Below, piece by piece: positions 1 through 8,909 of a DNA stretch of 64,000 nucleotides. A program made the position numbers and the translations under genes. The first letter of the stretch is position 1; each line of letters starts with the position of its first letter. The stretch is from an archaeon (GTDB lineage Archaea; Iainarchaeota; Iainarchaeia; Iainarchaeales; Iainarchaeaceae), in the NCBI GenBank assembly GCA_038046625.1, contig JBBSVV010000003.1:4017-68016 (forward strand). Reading direction: 5' to 3'. A model generated the notes under the pieces. That model did no database searches. It was not told where the DNA came from and saw nothing but the letters and a program-made list of their open reading frames with translations.

Positions 1-94
1 GCCGGGGCTCTCGAACCTTTGGTTGAAATCAGCCCGCCTCTTGAAATTTGCGGGGGATGCAACCGCGAATGGTTATTCTGCGAACCAAGCAGAA

Positions 95-167
95 TGCAGC
101 TGCCGGGATTCGAACCCGGGCCAACAGCTTGGAAGGCTGTGATGCAAAACCGCTACACTACAGCTGC
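95..167 (-). tRNA. tRNA-Gly(TCC)
   Basis: Reverse complement GCAGCTG TA GTGTAGCGGTTTTGCAT C ACAGC CT TCC AA GCTGT TGGC CCGGG TTCGAAT CCCGG CAGCTGC A folds as a cloverleaf; no encoded CCA. Confidence 0.93.
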
Positions 168-1049
168 TTTAAGGAAATCAGCATGGGTCGGAACTATTCC
201 CGTTTCCTTAAAAATCCTGTATTTTATTGAATGCTTAATATTGCTGGGTTTAATTAGTTTAAAAAAAGTATCCACGTGAGCCTGATCGTAGATATAAACG
301 CTTTTTCCGGATAAGCTTGCCTTAAATCCCAGTGAAACCAATGCGCACTTTACCTCATAGAGGAAATTTGGCGAACAGCTGATAAATTCGACTACCGCAC
401 TATTTTTTCTTCTTCTATGAAAACTTCCGTCAGTGTCGAATAAGCCCCTCAAATATGCTGCAAGAAGATTTCTGTCGTTGAGGATTTTCCTTTGGATAAA
501 CATCCTGTTTTTTCTGTTTCCTTTCGGAAACCCAAACTCTTCAGAAAGATATGAAACAAGCCGCTTTGAATAAACCTGGCAGCGTATTGCCCCGTTTTTA
601 ACGATAAAAGTCGGCTCCAGTCCGAATAGTTTTTCAAACTTTTTTCCAATGCTGTTTTTCACATACGCATTATCTACAATTGCTCCGCATGTAATTGATA
701 CCCTGTAATTTTTTTCGTAAATATTTCCGTCGCCTGACATGGCGCCAAGGAATTCCGCAAGCTCTTTGCCTAGTTTCGGTTTTCGGATTTCTTTTTCCCC
801 AAACTGGTCAAGTTCTATTAATTGCAATTTTTCAATTTCTTTTAAATCGAATCCTGTTTCTTTGCAGAGTGTTTTCAAATTGCTTAAAGATATCCTGCAA
901 TTTTCTTTTAAGTAGTGGAAAATCATTCTTTTTGTAACGCCGATTATATCTGCAATTTTTTGCCAGCCAAGCCCGGAGTGCTCTTTTATCTTTCTGAGAA
1001 CTGCCGCCTGATGCCAAAGGCCAGTCTGCACAAATAGTTCTTTTGCCAT
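153..1049 (-). CDS. Free-standing double-motif LAGLIDADG homing endonuclease-like protein with N-terminal HTH
   Basis: Motifs LAEFLGAMSGDG and YLRGLFDTDG; N-terminal HTH-like segment GWQKIADIIGVTKRMIFHY; no intein splice termini; stop codon inside tRNA-Gly. Confidence 0.88.
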   Translation of the reverse strand: MAKELFVQTGLWHQAAVLRKIKEHSGLGWQKIADIIGVTKRMIFHYLKENCRISLSNLKTLCKETGFDLKEIEKLQLIELDQFGEKEIRKPKLGKELAEFLGAMSGDGNIYEKNYRVSITCGAIVDNAYVKNSIGKKFEKLFGLEPTFIVKNGAIRCQVYSKRLVSYLSEEFGFPKGNRKNRMFIQRKILNDRNLLAAYLRGLFDTDGSFHRRRKNSAVVEFISCSPNFLYEVKCALVSLGFKASLSGKSVYIYDQAHVDTFFKLIKPSNIKHSIKYRIFKETGIVPTHADFLKAAVV

Positions 1050-1146
1050 TAAAATTTTGCGATTTTTGAATTTTTAAAGCATTCGGGGCCTTAGTGCCGG
1101 TGCCAAACAGTTATCGATTAAAACGAACACCATACTTTATTTATTC

Positions 1147-1797
1147 ATGGGGAAAGGCATGTTCGTTGTTTTTGACGGCGTTGACGGCGCGGGAAAGGGA
1201 ACCGCAGTGAAAGGCGCTAAGAAGTTCCTTCTCTCTAAGGGGATTCCTGAATCTTGGATCGTCCATACTGCGGAGCCCACGAACGGATTTTACGGGAAAA
1301 AGGTTCGCGAGTTGCTTGTTTCTTCCCCGAAGCCTGAATTGAATGCGAAGCAGTTCCTGGATTTGTACGTTGCGGACAGGAAGGAGCATCTTGAAAAAAT
1401 TATTGAGCCGGCTTTGCGTGAGGGAAAAATCGTTTTGTGCGACCGCTTCAAGCACAGCACTTTCGTTTACCAGCATTTGCAGGGGATTCCGCTTGAAAAA
1501 ATCCGCGAACTGCATGAGGGAATGGCCACTCCTGATCTGGTTTTCATTCTGGACCTTCCGGTTGAGGTTGCGATGAAGAGGATACTGCGCAGAAAAAAGC
1601 TGGACACTTTCGAGCGGGCTGCTTTCATGGAAAAAGTGCGTGCAGGCTTCCTCAAGATGAAAGAAATTTTTCCGCGTGAGGACATAGTGTTCATTGACGC
1701 GTCGAAAAGCATTGGTGAAGTGAGGGCAAAAATAGGTTCGGTTCTTTGGAATAAAGTCAGGGAAAATGCGACCACCGGGAATCGAACCCGGCCCTGA
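1147..1797 (+). CDS. tmk: Thymidylate kinase
   Basis: FDGVDGAGKGT P-loop, EPT, LCDRFKHST, PDLVFILD motifs. Confidence 0.93.
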   Translation: MGKGMFVVFDGVDGAGKGTAVKGAKKFLLSKGIPESWIVHTAEPTNGFYGKKVRELLVSSPKPELNAKQFLDLYVADRKEHLEKIIEPALREGKIVLCDRFKHSTFVYQHLQGIPLEKIRELHEGMATPDLVFILDLPVEVAMKRILRRKKLDTFERAAFMEKVRAGFLKMKEIFPREDIVFIDASKSIGEVRAKIGSVLWNKVRENATTGNRTRP

Positions 1798-1837
1798 GCC
1801 TTGGCAAGGCCCAATCATACCAATAGACTATGGTCGC
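1767..1837 (-). tRNA. tRNA-Gly(GCC)
   Basis: Reverse complement GCGACCA TAGTCTATTGGTATGAT TGGGC CT/TGCCAA GGCTCA GGGC CGGG TTCGATT CCCGG TGGTCGC A; GCC anticodon. Confidence 0.92.
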
Positions 1838-1841
1838 ACAA

Positions 1842-1893
1842 CCTTTTTTCTTTTCCCGGAGAAAAGAAAAAAGCTTGGCCAAAAAAGAAAAGC
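1842..1893 (+). repeat. Pyrimidine/purine inverted repeat element (family B)
   Basis: CCTTTTTTCTTTTC-ccgga-GAAAAGAAAAAAGCTTGGCCAAAAAAGAAAAG; near-identical layout at 3727, 3959, 22996, 32535. Confidence 0.75.
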
Positions 1894-1961
1894 CATTCTT
1901 TGCCAAAAGAAAAGAACCCTAAGCCTAACAGATTTTTCCGTGGCGAAATCTTTTAAATTGC

Positions 1962-3683
1962 TCATTTCAACTGGCTAAGTATAACTGCTATTAAAGCCCC
2001 AAAAACCAGTATTCCAAGGCCTAAAACCCCTAGCAGGATATTTTGGCCGGTGAAAAGCTCCTGGATTTGCCCCTGCAAAGCCGGCTGTTGCGATTCGGGC
2101 TGCACCTCTTTTGCCTCGAGGGGCTGTTCCTGCACGGGCTTTTCCGGCACGATTATTTCGAATTCCCTTTCGACGCCGGCATTCACATTTACAGTCACTT
2201 TTCCGGGCTGAATGTTCTCTATTTTTTGCGTGAAGAGCTTTTGTGCTGATGCCTCAATGTTCACATTGCTCTTTGTTTCCTTTCCCAAGTAAATTACAGT
2301 TATTGTGGCTTCCCCTTCTGCATTGCCGTTGTTTTTAAGCAGAACCCTGAGTTCCAAATTGCTTCCATCAATGAACGGGCTCACGTCCTTGACGCTTATG
2401 TCGGCCGCTTTCTGTTCCGCGCCTTTCTTCTTCACGAGCTTTATTGTGCCGCTCATGTTTCCGTCCGGAAGAAGCAGGTACATTCCGTATGTGTAGTAGC
2501 CGTTCTTTGCCTCCTTGTCAGGCGCCTTCACTTTCCACGAAACCTCCTTTGTTTCCCGTGCTTTGAGGAAAATTATTTTGTTTTTTTGGTCCGCGCGGAA
2601 ATCCTCGTGCAGCGCAAGCTCCACCGGAAGTATCGCGTCCTCTCCCGAAACATTGGTTAATTGTGCCTTGATTTCAAAGCTTTCAAGCGGTTCAACTTCG
2701 GAGGGCTTTTCGAGCTTCGCGTCAAGCAGGCGCGTGAAGAACTCAACCGAATTTATTTTTATTTTCGGCTCCCCGAGCTGTGTCTGCACCTGAATCGCTT
2801 TCGCGCTTTTCGTGCTCAGGATTAAGTCCGCGGCTTTGTTCGCGTCGATTGTTTTTGCTATGGTGAAGTGCGCCGCGTCAAGGTATCCGGCCTCGCCATA
2901 AGTGCTGTCAACCCCTATCCAGCCGGTTCCCGGCAAATACGCCTCGAGCCAGCCATGAAGCCCAAAGCGCGTGCCGTCAAAGCTTATCCCCTTCACGTAT
3001 CTTGCGGGAATTCCTTTTGCGCGCAAAAATGCGGCGGTAAGGTTCGCGAACTCATCGCAGACGCCCGCGCGCGAATTGTATGTTTGTTTCGCGCTGTATG
3101 TGGCGCTGTAGTAGTTCTCGAAATCGTACGCAATGTTCTGGTTCACCCACTCGGTTATTCCGCGTATGGTTTCTATTTCAGAGTCGCTCGTGAATTCGAG
3201 CCGCGCCTTGCTCATTATTTCAGGGTCGCTTGATTCAATGTAATCGCTCGGCTTCTTATACTCCGGGAATTCCTTTATCGGGTTGGTTAGGTTGTAGTCT
3301 TCCCCAAGGCCGATTGCAGCGCTCCTCCTGACCCGCGCCTCCCTAATGATTTTGAATTGAGGTGCTTCCGCATACTCATGCAAATCATTTATTTTGTACA
3401 CCGCGTACTGCACCCCGTTTTTTTCTCCCCGTATCGGGAGAATTTTGTTCCCGCCTATTTCCATGTGCTCGTTCAGTTCAAGGAGCTCCTGGCCCTGTTC
3501 CTGCTGCATTGTGATGAACATTATTTCCATTTCGTCGCCTCTCGTTATTGTTCCGGAAAACGAGCCAGTTGCCTCTGAGGTTATGGTTACGTCCATGCTT
3601 TTCACGGTCGAGGGCCTGAATTCCTGCGCCGAAGCTGTTGAAAGCGCAAGAATAAACAGCAGCGCAAAAGCAATTTTTTTCAT
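1962..3683 (-). CDS. Secreted, membrane-anchored transglutaminase-like domain protein
   Basis: Signal peptide; GVCDEFA...HGWLEAY...WIGVDST Cys-His-Asp triad; Ig-like C-terminal region; C-terminal TM helix. Confidence 0.85.
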   Translation of the reverse strand: MKKIAFALLFILALSTASAQEFRPSTVKSMDVTITSEATGSFSGTITRGDEMEIMFITMQQEQGQELLELNEHMEIGGNKILPIRGEKNGVQYAVYKINDLHEYAEAPQFKIIREARVRRSAAIGLGEDYNLTNPIKEFPEYKKPSDYIESSDPEIMSKARLEFTSDSEIETIRGITEWVNQNIAYDFENYYSATYSAKQTYNSRAGVCDEFANLTAAFLRAKGIPARYVKGISFDGTRFGLHGWLEAYLPGTGWIGVDSTYGEAGYLDAAHFTIAKTIDANKAADLILSTKSAKAIQVQTQLGEPKIKINSVEFFTRLLDAKLEKPSEVEPLESFEIKAQLTNVSGEDAILPVELALHEDFRADQKNKIIFLKARETKEVSWKVKAPDKEAKNGYYTYGMYLLLPDGNMSGTIKLVKKKGAEQKAADISVKDVSPFIDGSNLELRVLLKNNGNAEGEATITVIYLGKETKSNVNIEASAQKLFTQKIENIQPGKVTVNVNAGVEREFEIIVPEKPVQEQPLEAKEVQPESQQPALQGQIQELFTGQNILLGVLGLGILVFGALIAVILSQLK

Positions 3684-3726
3684 GCACAGAAATAGTGTTT
3701 CTTTATTTTAATTGCTTGTGCTGCAG

Positions 3727-3883
3727 CCTTTTTTTTCTCTTTGGAAGAGAAAAGAAAACTTTGGCGAAAGAAAAGAGAAACCGGTTTTGACACTTTTCTT
3801 TGGTACAGCTTTTCAATGGCCTTTTCCTGCACTTTTCTTTTTAGCACGGATTTTTCTTTTCGTGCAACGAAAAGAAAAAAGTG
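3727..3883. repeat. Two head-to-head family B repeat copies in the tRNA-Val 3' trailer
   Basis: 3727-3780 on plus; 3790-3883 on minus matches 32535-32644 (TTTTCTTTTCGTTG...CGAAAAGAAA; AAGCTGTACCAAA..GAAAAGTGT). Confidence 0.7.
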
Positions 3884-3956
3884 TGGGCCCGGCAGGAATC
3901 GAACCTGCGATTTCTTCGATGTAAACGAAGCGTCCTAACCGCTAGACCACGAGCCC
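3884..3956 (-). tRNA. tRNA-Val(TAC)
   Basis: Reverse complement GGGCTCG TG GTCTAGCGGTTAGGAC G CTTCG TT TAC AT CGAAG AAATC GCAGG TTCGATT CCTGC CGGGCCC A. Confidence 0.93.
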
Positions 3957-3958
3957 AA

Positions 3959-4010
3959 CCTTTTTTCTTTTCTTGCGAAAAGAAAAAACGTTGACGAAAA
4001 AAGAAAAGGC
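3959..4010 (+). repeat. Family B inverted repeat immediately upstream of tRNA-Val
   Basis: CCTTTTTTCTTTTC-ttgc-GAAAAGAAAAAACGTTGACGAAAAAAGAAAAGGC. Confidence 0.75.
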
Positions 4011-4105
4011 AAGTCCTGTTGCTGGAACAGCGTAGAATGAAGTGCCCTGATAGGGTTAAAAAAGTTGGCTAAAAAGGGAAAAAAGGCTTCTGAAGCAGAA
4101 GCCGT

Positions 4106-4396
4106 TTACTTTGTTTCTATTATTATTCCGCCGACCATTCCCGCGAATACATTGTACAGGAATGCGCTTAGTGCGCCGCCTATGAATCCTAATACTCCGT
4201 AAATTATCGGAAGTATTATTATTGACAGTACTCCGCCAAAGAGGCCTCCCGTAATTCCTGCCCCGTTTCCGCCTGCTATTGCCCCGAGCACAAGCGATAA
4301 TACCGTTAAGAGTGCCCCGAATATCAGGCCGATTACTGCGTATGTCACTCCCATGATTTTTGCCATGGACATGACGCCTATTTTCCTGATTTCCAA
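4106..4396 (-). CDS. Small membrane protein (DUF3566-like)
   Basis: EIRKIGVMSMAKI start, 2 hydrophobic helices, LYN..A..VGGI C-terminus; GAGGTGA SD before TTG. Confidence 0.7.
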   Translation of the reverse strand: MEIRKIGVMSMAKIMGVTYAVIGLIFGALLTVLSLVLGAIAGGNGAGITGGLFGGVLSIIILPIIYGVLGFIGGALSAFLYNVFAGMVGGIIIETK

Positions 4397-4505
4397 AAGA
4401 AATCACCTCGCACACACATTGCGTTGCTCCGTATAAATTACTTTCATTTTTTGGCGCTTTACGGAAGCCTTATATATGATTTAATTGTATTAATTGTTGA
4501 TTTCC

Positions 4506-4946
4506 ATGCGCAAAATAATGTATTTCAGGGTTGCTGGGCGCGACGTGCACCTGCCAAAGCTCATAGGCGCATTCATTCTTTTTGCTTCATTGCTCATGTT
4601 TGTGCAGTCTTCCGCGCAAATGTTTGATTCCTGGGACAACCTCAAGCATTATGATTCATGCATACTGAAAATCAATTCGAACGCTTCGCTTGATGGCCAG
4701 CGCGCCGAATTCAATTCGTGCTCCGACACGCTTTACAGGGCAACCGGCATTGTTGTGCGTGAGGATGTGCCAAAGCTTACTGCGCGCCAGTTCTGGAGCG
4801 GCTTATTGGGTTCCATAGCTAGCCTCTTGTTCTGGCTTGCGATACTGTTTGTGGGCTACGTGCTTTACAGGAGCGGCGACCTCGTCATTCCGATTGAGGA
4901 AAGAATAGTCACCGAACCTGAGCACCAAAGAAAAAGAAGGAAATAA
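4506..4946 (+). CDS. Hypothetical membrane protein
   Basis: Two TM segments, host-like codon usage; start uncertain. Confidence 0.65.
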   Translation: MRKIMYFRVAGRDVHLPKLIGAFILFASLLMFVQSSAQMFDSWDNLKHYDSCILKINSNASLDGQRAEFNSCSDTLYRATGIVVREDVPKLTARQFWSGLLGSIASLLFWLAILFVGYVLYRSGDLVIPIEERIVTEPEHQRKRRK

Positions 4947-4952
4947 GGACAG

Positions 4953-6329
4953 TTACAATGTAACTGCCTTGACTTTTCCGTTTTCCTCTATTTTTCCCTT
5001 TCTTACTCCTACAACGTATTTTGCGCCGGCTTTTTCGGCCGCGTCGAAGAGCCTCTTGGTTATTACTCCGTCAAAGATTATTGAGTGGGCGTTCTTTATT
5101 TTCGCCATTTCCTCGACAAGGTTTTTTACCTCGACTTCCTTGACTTGTTTGTTCTTGTCGTCGAGAATTCTTGCCTTCATTGTTCCCTTGAGCTCGTCAA
5201 GTATGGGCCTGTAAACCGACTCTTCGTTCTGTGAGAGCGCTGGCCTTGCGGGGAATTCCTGTATAGGTTCCCTGGGCGCAATTGTTTCGCGCGGCACGAA
5301 TTCCCTTCTTTCGCGCCTGTCAGGCCTCATGCCGTTGTCGCGGTTGCCCCACCTGCTTGTTGGCCGTGGGTCCCTGTCTCCGTGATCGCGCATCCCTCCC
5401 CCGAAGCTTCTTTGGCCGAAGCTTCTTTCCCTGAAGCCGCGTTCGCGGAACGGCCTTTCCTGGAATGTCCTTTCGCGGAATTCCCCTCCTCCGGGAAATT
5501 TCCTTTCCGAGAGCTCTTCCTCCGCGGGAACCCTTTTTTTGAGGCTCTGGAGAATTTCTTTTCTCGTGAGTTCCTCGACTTCTTTTCCATCGGGCGCTTT
5601 TGCAATGTATGCTATGCGCGCGAGCTGTGCGAGTTTCCTCGCGTTCAGGATCCCTCCTCGGTCGCCGTCAACGAATGCGGTTATGCTTTTCTTTTTTCCG
5701 AGTTCGCTTATTGTGCTTGAGATGTTGGAGCCGTTCATTCCTATTACGTTCTTTATCTGGTTCCTCAGCATGTTCAAAACATCTGCGCGGCCTTCAACAA
5801 CAATTATTTCTTCGCTTATTTCTATGTCGGGGCCCGCGGGCAGTTTGTCCGGGCCGTACTCGGTTATTTCGGCTGCGCGGACGTTTTCGCGTATCTCGTC
5901 CCTCAGGGTTTGTGTTTCGGGGCTTGATTTGTCCATCATTTTTTTGAGCAGTTCTTTTGCGCGGTCCTTTATTTCCTGCCTTTTCGAGGTTCTCGTATCA
6001 TCAATGTCATCTATCTCGAACTTTGCCTGGCAGGGCCCAACCTTGTCCACGCTTTCAATGCTTGCCGCGAGCAGGCTCGTTTCCGCCATGTCCATTGAGC
6101 TCGGCACCAAAACCTCGCCCTTTGTTCTTCCCATTGCGGTTGTGTGGTTTATTTCTATGCGCCCGATTTTTCCGTTCTTCTGGAGCTCCTTCAAATCCAT
6201 TTCGTCTCCCAAGAGGCCTTCGCTTTGCCCGAAAATCGCGCCAATAATATCCGGCTTGTCAACTATGCCGTCTATTTCGAATTTCATTTTTATCATGTAT
6301 TTGACCGTGTTTATGTAGGTCTTCGCCAT
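4953..6329 (-). CDS. dnaG: Archaeal DnaG (TOPRIM, exosome-associated)
   Basis: VDKPDIIGAIFGQSEGLLG, VVEGRADV, DGDRGG motifs; start MAKTY after GGAGTTGA. Confidence 0.93.
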   Translation of the reverse strand: MAKTYINTVKYMIKMKFEIDGIVDKPDIIGAIFGQSEGLLGDEMDLKELQKNGKIGRIEINHTTAMGRTKGEVLVPSSMDMAETSLLAASIESVDKVGPCQAKFEIDDIDDTRTSKRQEIKDRAKELLKKMMDKSSPETQTLRDEIRENVRAAEITEYGPDKLPAGPDIEISEEIIVVEGRADVLNMLRNQIKNVIGMNGSNISSTISELGKKKSITAFVDGDRGGILNARKLAQLARIAYIAKAPDGKEVEELTRKEILQSLKKRVPAEEELSERKFPGGGEFRERTFQERPFRERGFRERSFGQRSFGGGMRDHGDRDPRPTSRWGNRDNGMRPDRRERREFVPRETIAPREPIQEFPARPALSQNEESVYRPILDELKGTMKARILDDKNKQVKEVEVKNLVEEMAKIKNAHSIIFDGVITKRLFDAAEKAGAKYVVGVRKGKIEENGKVKAVTL

Positions 6330-6378
6330 TTTCCAATCAACTCCTTTTCCATGGCTATTTTGTTTTTTTTCGCGAGAA

Positions 6379-6693
6379 TTAGTTTTTCGGAAGCTTTTCT
6401 CTTTTGAGGAACTTGAGAACAAGGTTTTTTTCCGCTCCTTTGAGGAGCAGTTTTTTCCTTCGGCTTTTTTCGCCGCTTTTAATTTCAACTCCGCATCCAA
6501 GCCTTTTTTTGAGCTCTTTCACGAGCCCTTTGTTGGCTTGGCCTTTGAGTGCCTTTTCCTTAACCTTGATTCTCAATGCGTTCGTCCAGGGGTTAAAGCC
6601 CAGAATTGCGAACTGTTTTGAATTCGGAATCACTTCCAATTCAATTTCAACATCATTGTTTTCTGCAACTGATTTAAGGTTCGTCAAAACCAA
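6379..6693 (-). CDS. DUF167/UPF0235 family protein
   Basis: VIPNSK...LRIKVK...GQANK...IKSGEKSRRK pattern. Confidence 0.8.
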   Translation of the reverse strand: MVLTNLKSVAENNDVEIELEVIPNSKQFAILGFNPWTNALRIKVKEKALKGQANKGLVKELKKRLGCGVEIKSGEKSRRKKLLLKGAEKNLVLKFLKREKLPKN

Positions 6694-6871
6694 TTAAACC
6701 TCAAATTCCCCAAAAGGACTCGGGCTTCCAAAGCCGCCAATCCTCATAGCAAAACAATAAACTATATACATAAAGCTCGGTTATGGGTATATTAATGTTA
6801 GGGTTCCGTTTGCCCCTTGGTGCTTTGGCACGGATTATATATTCCTCCCAGCCCCTTTTTATTGTACACAC

Positions 6872-7276
6872 ATGGCTCACTACAACAAGGGCGCTTCGGC
6901 GGAGCGCGAGCTCATAAAGCTTCTCTGGAATCTTGGTTTCGTGGCTGCGCGGGTCGCGGGTTCCGGAAAGAACGCCTTGCCCATGCCTGATTTAATCGCC
7001 TTGGGGAAAGGAAAGAGCTTCATTTTTGAGTGCAAGGCATGGCGCGGGAACTATTTGAACATTTCCGCGGAGCAGATGGCCGAGCTCCAAAAATGGGGCG
7101 AGGTTTCCGGTGCACAGGCTTTCATCGGCTGGAAGTACCCGAACAAGGGCTGGTTTTTCGTGAAGCCGGAGCACTTCAGGAAGAGCAAGCATTACAACAT
7201 TTCGATTGCGACAACAATGAAGGTCGGCATTCCATTGGAAGTTGTTGTGGGCGAGCAGCGGCAATTAAAGGTTTAA
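6872..7276 (+). CDS. hjc: Holliday junction resolvase Hjc
   Basis: KGASAEREL, RVAGSG, PDLIA, FECK PD-(D/E)xK motifs. Confidence 0.9.
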   Translation: MAHYNKGASAERELIKLLWNLGFVAARVAGSGKNALPMPDLIALGKGKSFIFECKAWRGNYLNISAEQMAELQKWGEVSGAQAFIGWKYPNKGWFFVKPEHFRKSKHYNISIATTMKVGIPLEVVVGEQRQLKV

Positions 7277-7301
7277 AAAGCCGTCATTGCTTATTTCTTT
7301 T

Positions 7302-7427
7302 ATGATTGAGCTTGCCCTGGTTTTGCAGGAGCTTGAGAAGCTTTATGCGAAGGAGAAGAGCCTGCGCAAAAAGAATTTCCTTGAAAGCGCGATAACGAAC
7401 ATTAAGGAGTATGAGAAACTTCTCTGA
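7302..7427 (+). CDS. Small hypothetical protein (41 aa), not in ORF track
   Basis: MIELALVLQELEKLYAKEKSLRKKNFLESAITNIKEYEKLL*; TTTAAAAA box about 30 nt upstream; host-like codons. Confidence 0.6.
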   Translation: MIELALVLQELEKLYAKEKSLRKKNFLESAITNIKEYEKLL

Positions 7428-7446
7428 TTTTTAGGAATTTCCGCGC

Positions 7447-8100
7447 TTAAATCACGGTTGCCACGAACAACATCGTCACTGAAATCAGCCCCATGATGAC
7501 CATGAGTATGAGGTTGTCTATTGTGAGTGCCTTGTCGAAGTTCTGGTAAAAGAAGTATAGTACTCCCAGGCCGAACACCAGTCCAAGTATCCACATTGCG
7601 TTGCTGATGAGCCCGTTTCTTCCGCCGACTCCTTTCATGTGTGCCTCGTCCATGTCCACCTGCACCTGCCTTACTGCCTCGCCGAGCTCGTTCAGTTTCA
7701 CCTTCACCCGTTCGTTGAGGTCATTCACTTTCGCTATGTTGTCGCCGATTTGTTCCTGAAAGGTTTTGCTTTGCCCCGTAATGTCCCGCTCGTATTGCTT
7801 CAAATCGCTTATCACTGCCTTTGTGAGTTCTGTTCTGGATTCATGTGCGCTTGTTACGGCTTCCTCCTCAATGAATTTTTTGAGCGTGGGTTTTTGCGTT
7901 TCCAATTCGGCCTGCACGATTTTTTTTATTTCGCCGCGCAGCAATGCAAAAGTGTCCGCCTGTCCGAGAAGCAAAAGCCTTTTTGCCTTGTCCTGTGAAA
8001 CCCCGAGGTCTTTCAGGGTTTGCACTATTTTTTCTTCGCTTTCGCCTTCGCGAACCATTTTCTCTATTATCTCTATTATGCTTGTGTCCGTTTTCGCCAT
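7447..8100 (-). CDS. Coiled-coil protein with two C-terminal TM helices
   Basis: Start MAKTDTS after GAGGTG SD; the longer N-terminus in the ORF track is read-through of a repeat. Confidence 0.7.
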   Translation of the reverse strand: MAKTDTSIIEIIEKMVREGESEEKIVQTLKDLGVSQDKAKRLLLLGQADTFALLRGEIKKIVQAELETQKPTLKKFIEEEAVTSAHESRTELTKAVISDLKQYERDITGQSKTFQEQIGDNIAKVNDLNERVKVKLNELGEAVRQVQVDMDEAHMKGVGGRNGLISNAMWILGLVFGLGVLYFFYQNFDKALTIDNLILMVIMGLISVTMLFVATVI

Positions 8101-8113
8101 TTTTACTGCACCT

Positions 8114-8185
8114 CGCCGTTTTCGACCGGCGGTACCGATTGCCCCGCCTTCGGCGGGACTTGGCTCGCTTTGCTCGCAATATAGT
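8114..8185 (+). repeat. Family A structured element (degenerate)
   Basis: CGCCG-ttttcga-CCGGCGGTA, CCCGCC-ttc-GGCGGG hairpin, CGCTTTGCTCG as at 19737. Confidence 0.6.
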
Positions 8186-8191
8186 TGCTCA

Positions 8192-8890
8192 TCATTGCAC
8201 CGTAACCGTTTGCTGGAACTGGTCCACATTATTTTCCGTGTTTAGGTTAAAATAGATTGTGGTGCCGCCTTTTTGTATCGGTATGAGCGAGTAGTCTATC
8301 TGCTTGCATTCAACAGCCTTGAGCGTTATCGTGTCTGTTTTGTTCGGCTCGGAAAAGAATCCTTTTTCGTGGTTTTCCGCTATTTTCACCTGCTTTTCCG
8401 TTGCGGTGTTGTTGCATGCTTCCACGCTGAACGCAAAGCTCTTGCCGAAGAGTATGTCGCTTGGAAAGCTCATTGTCAGGGTTATTTCCTGCTTTGCCCT
8501 TAGTACAACGAGCTTTTCGATTGTCGAGTGGAAAGGGCTCTGCACAATTATTGTTGCCTGGTTCGCGCTTATAGAGCCGGTGTAAATGCGTTGCTCCTCG
8601 TTGGGCGCAAGTGAAGCAAACATGTTCAGGTCTTTCGGTTCGCCTTCTTCCTCGCGGTATTTCACGGTTACGTTGTTGATTTGCCTGTCGGTGGTGTTTT
8701 TCAGGTAAATTTCCTTTTGGCCGTTTTCCTCGTTGAATTTTTCCTCGATTGCGAGGCCAGTGTTGAACAAAAAAAGGTATATGAGCATTATTCCGAATAA
8801 TGCGTAAACCGCCAGGAAGAAGAATTTCGCTTTTTTCGCTTTTTCCGGCATCATTGTTTTGCATCCCTCATTTTTGCGTTTCCGTTCCAT
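8192..8890 (-). CDS. Membrane-anchored Ig-like hypothetical protein
   Basis: N-terminal TM, beta-rich body; true start may be MMPEK near 8854. Confidence 0.65.
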   Translation of the reverse strand: MERKRKNEGCKTMMPEKAKKAKFFFLAVYALFGIMLIYLFLFNTGLAIEEKFNEENGQKEIYLKNTTDRQINNVTVKYREEEGEPKDLNMFASLAPNEEQRIYTGSISANQATIIVQSPFHSTIEKLVVLRAKQEITLTMSFPSDILFGKSFAFSVEACNNTATEKQVKIAENHEKGFFSEPNKTDTITLKAVECKQIDYSLIPIQKGGTTIYFNLNTENNVDQFQQTVTVQ

Positions 8891-8909
8891 AACTTGTTTT
8901 TTGTTTATT

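Noticed and set aside
1..94. GC-rich start (GCCGGGGCTCTCGAACC) as tRNA or SRP RNA
   Set aside because: No cloverleaf or SRP helix motifs can be built, and it is truncated by the window edge
153..1049. LAGLIDADG ORF as a tRNA intron or intein
   Set aside because: The tRNA is complete without splicing, no upstream exon is seen and there are no intein termini
5539..6318. Long antisense ORFs (also 21202-21966, 40282-41001, 50311-51183)
   Set aside because: Shadows of real genes on the opposite strand
6694..6747. 17-codon minus ORF MRIGGFGSPSPFGEFEV as an orphan gene start
   Set aside because: No matching second copy in the window; too short to assign
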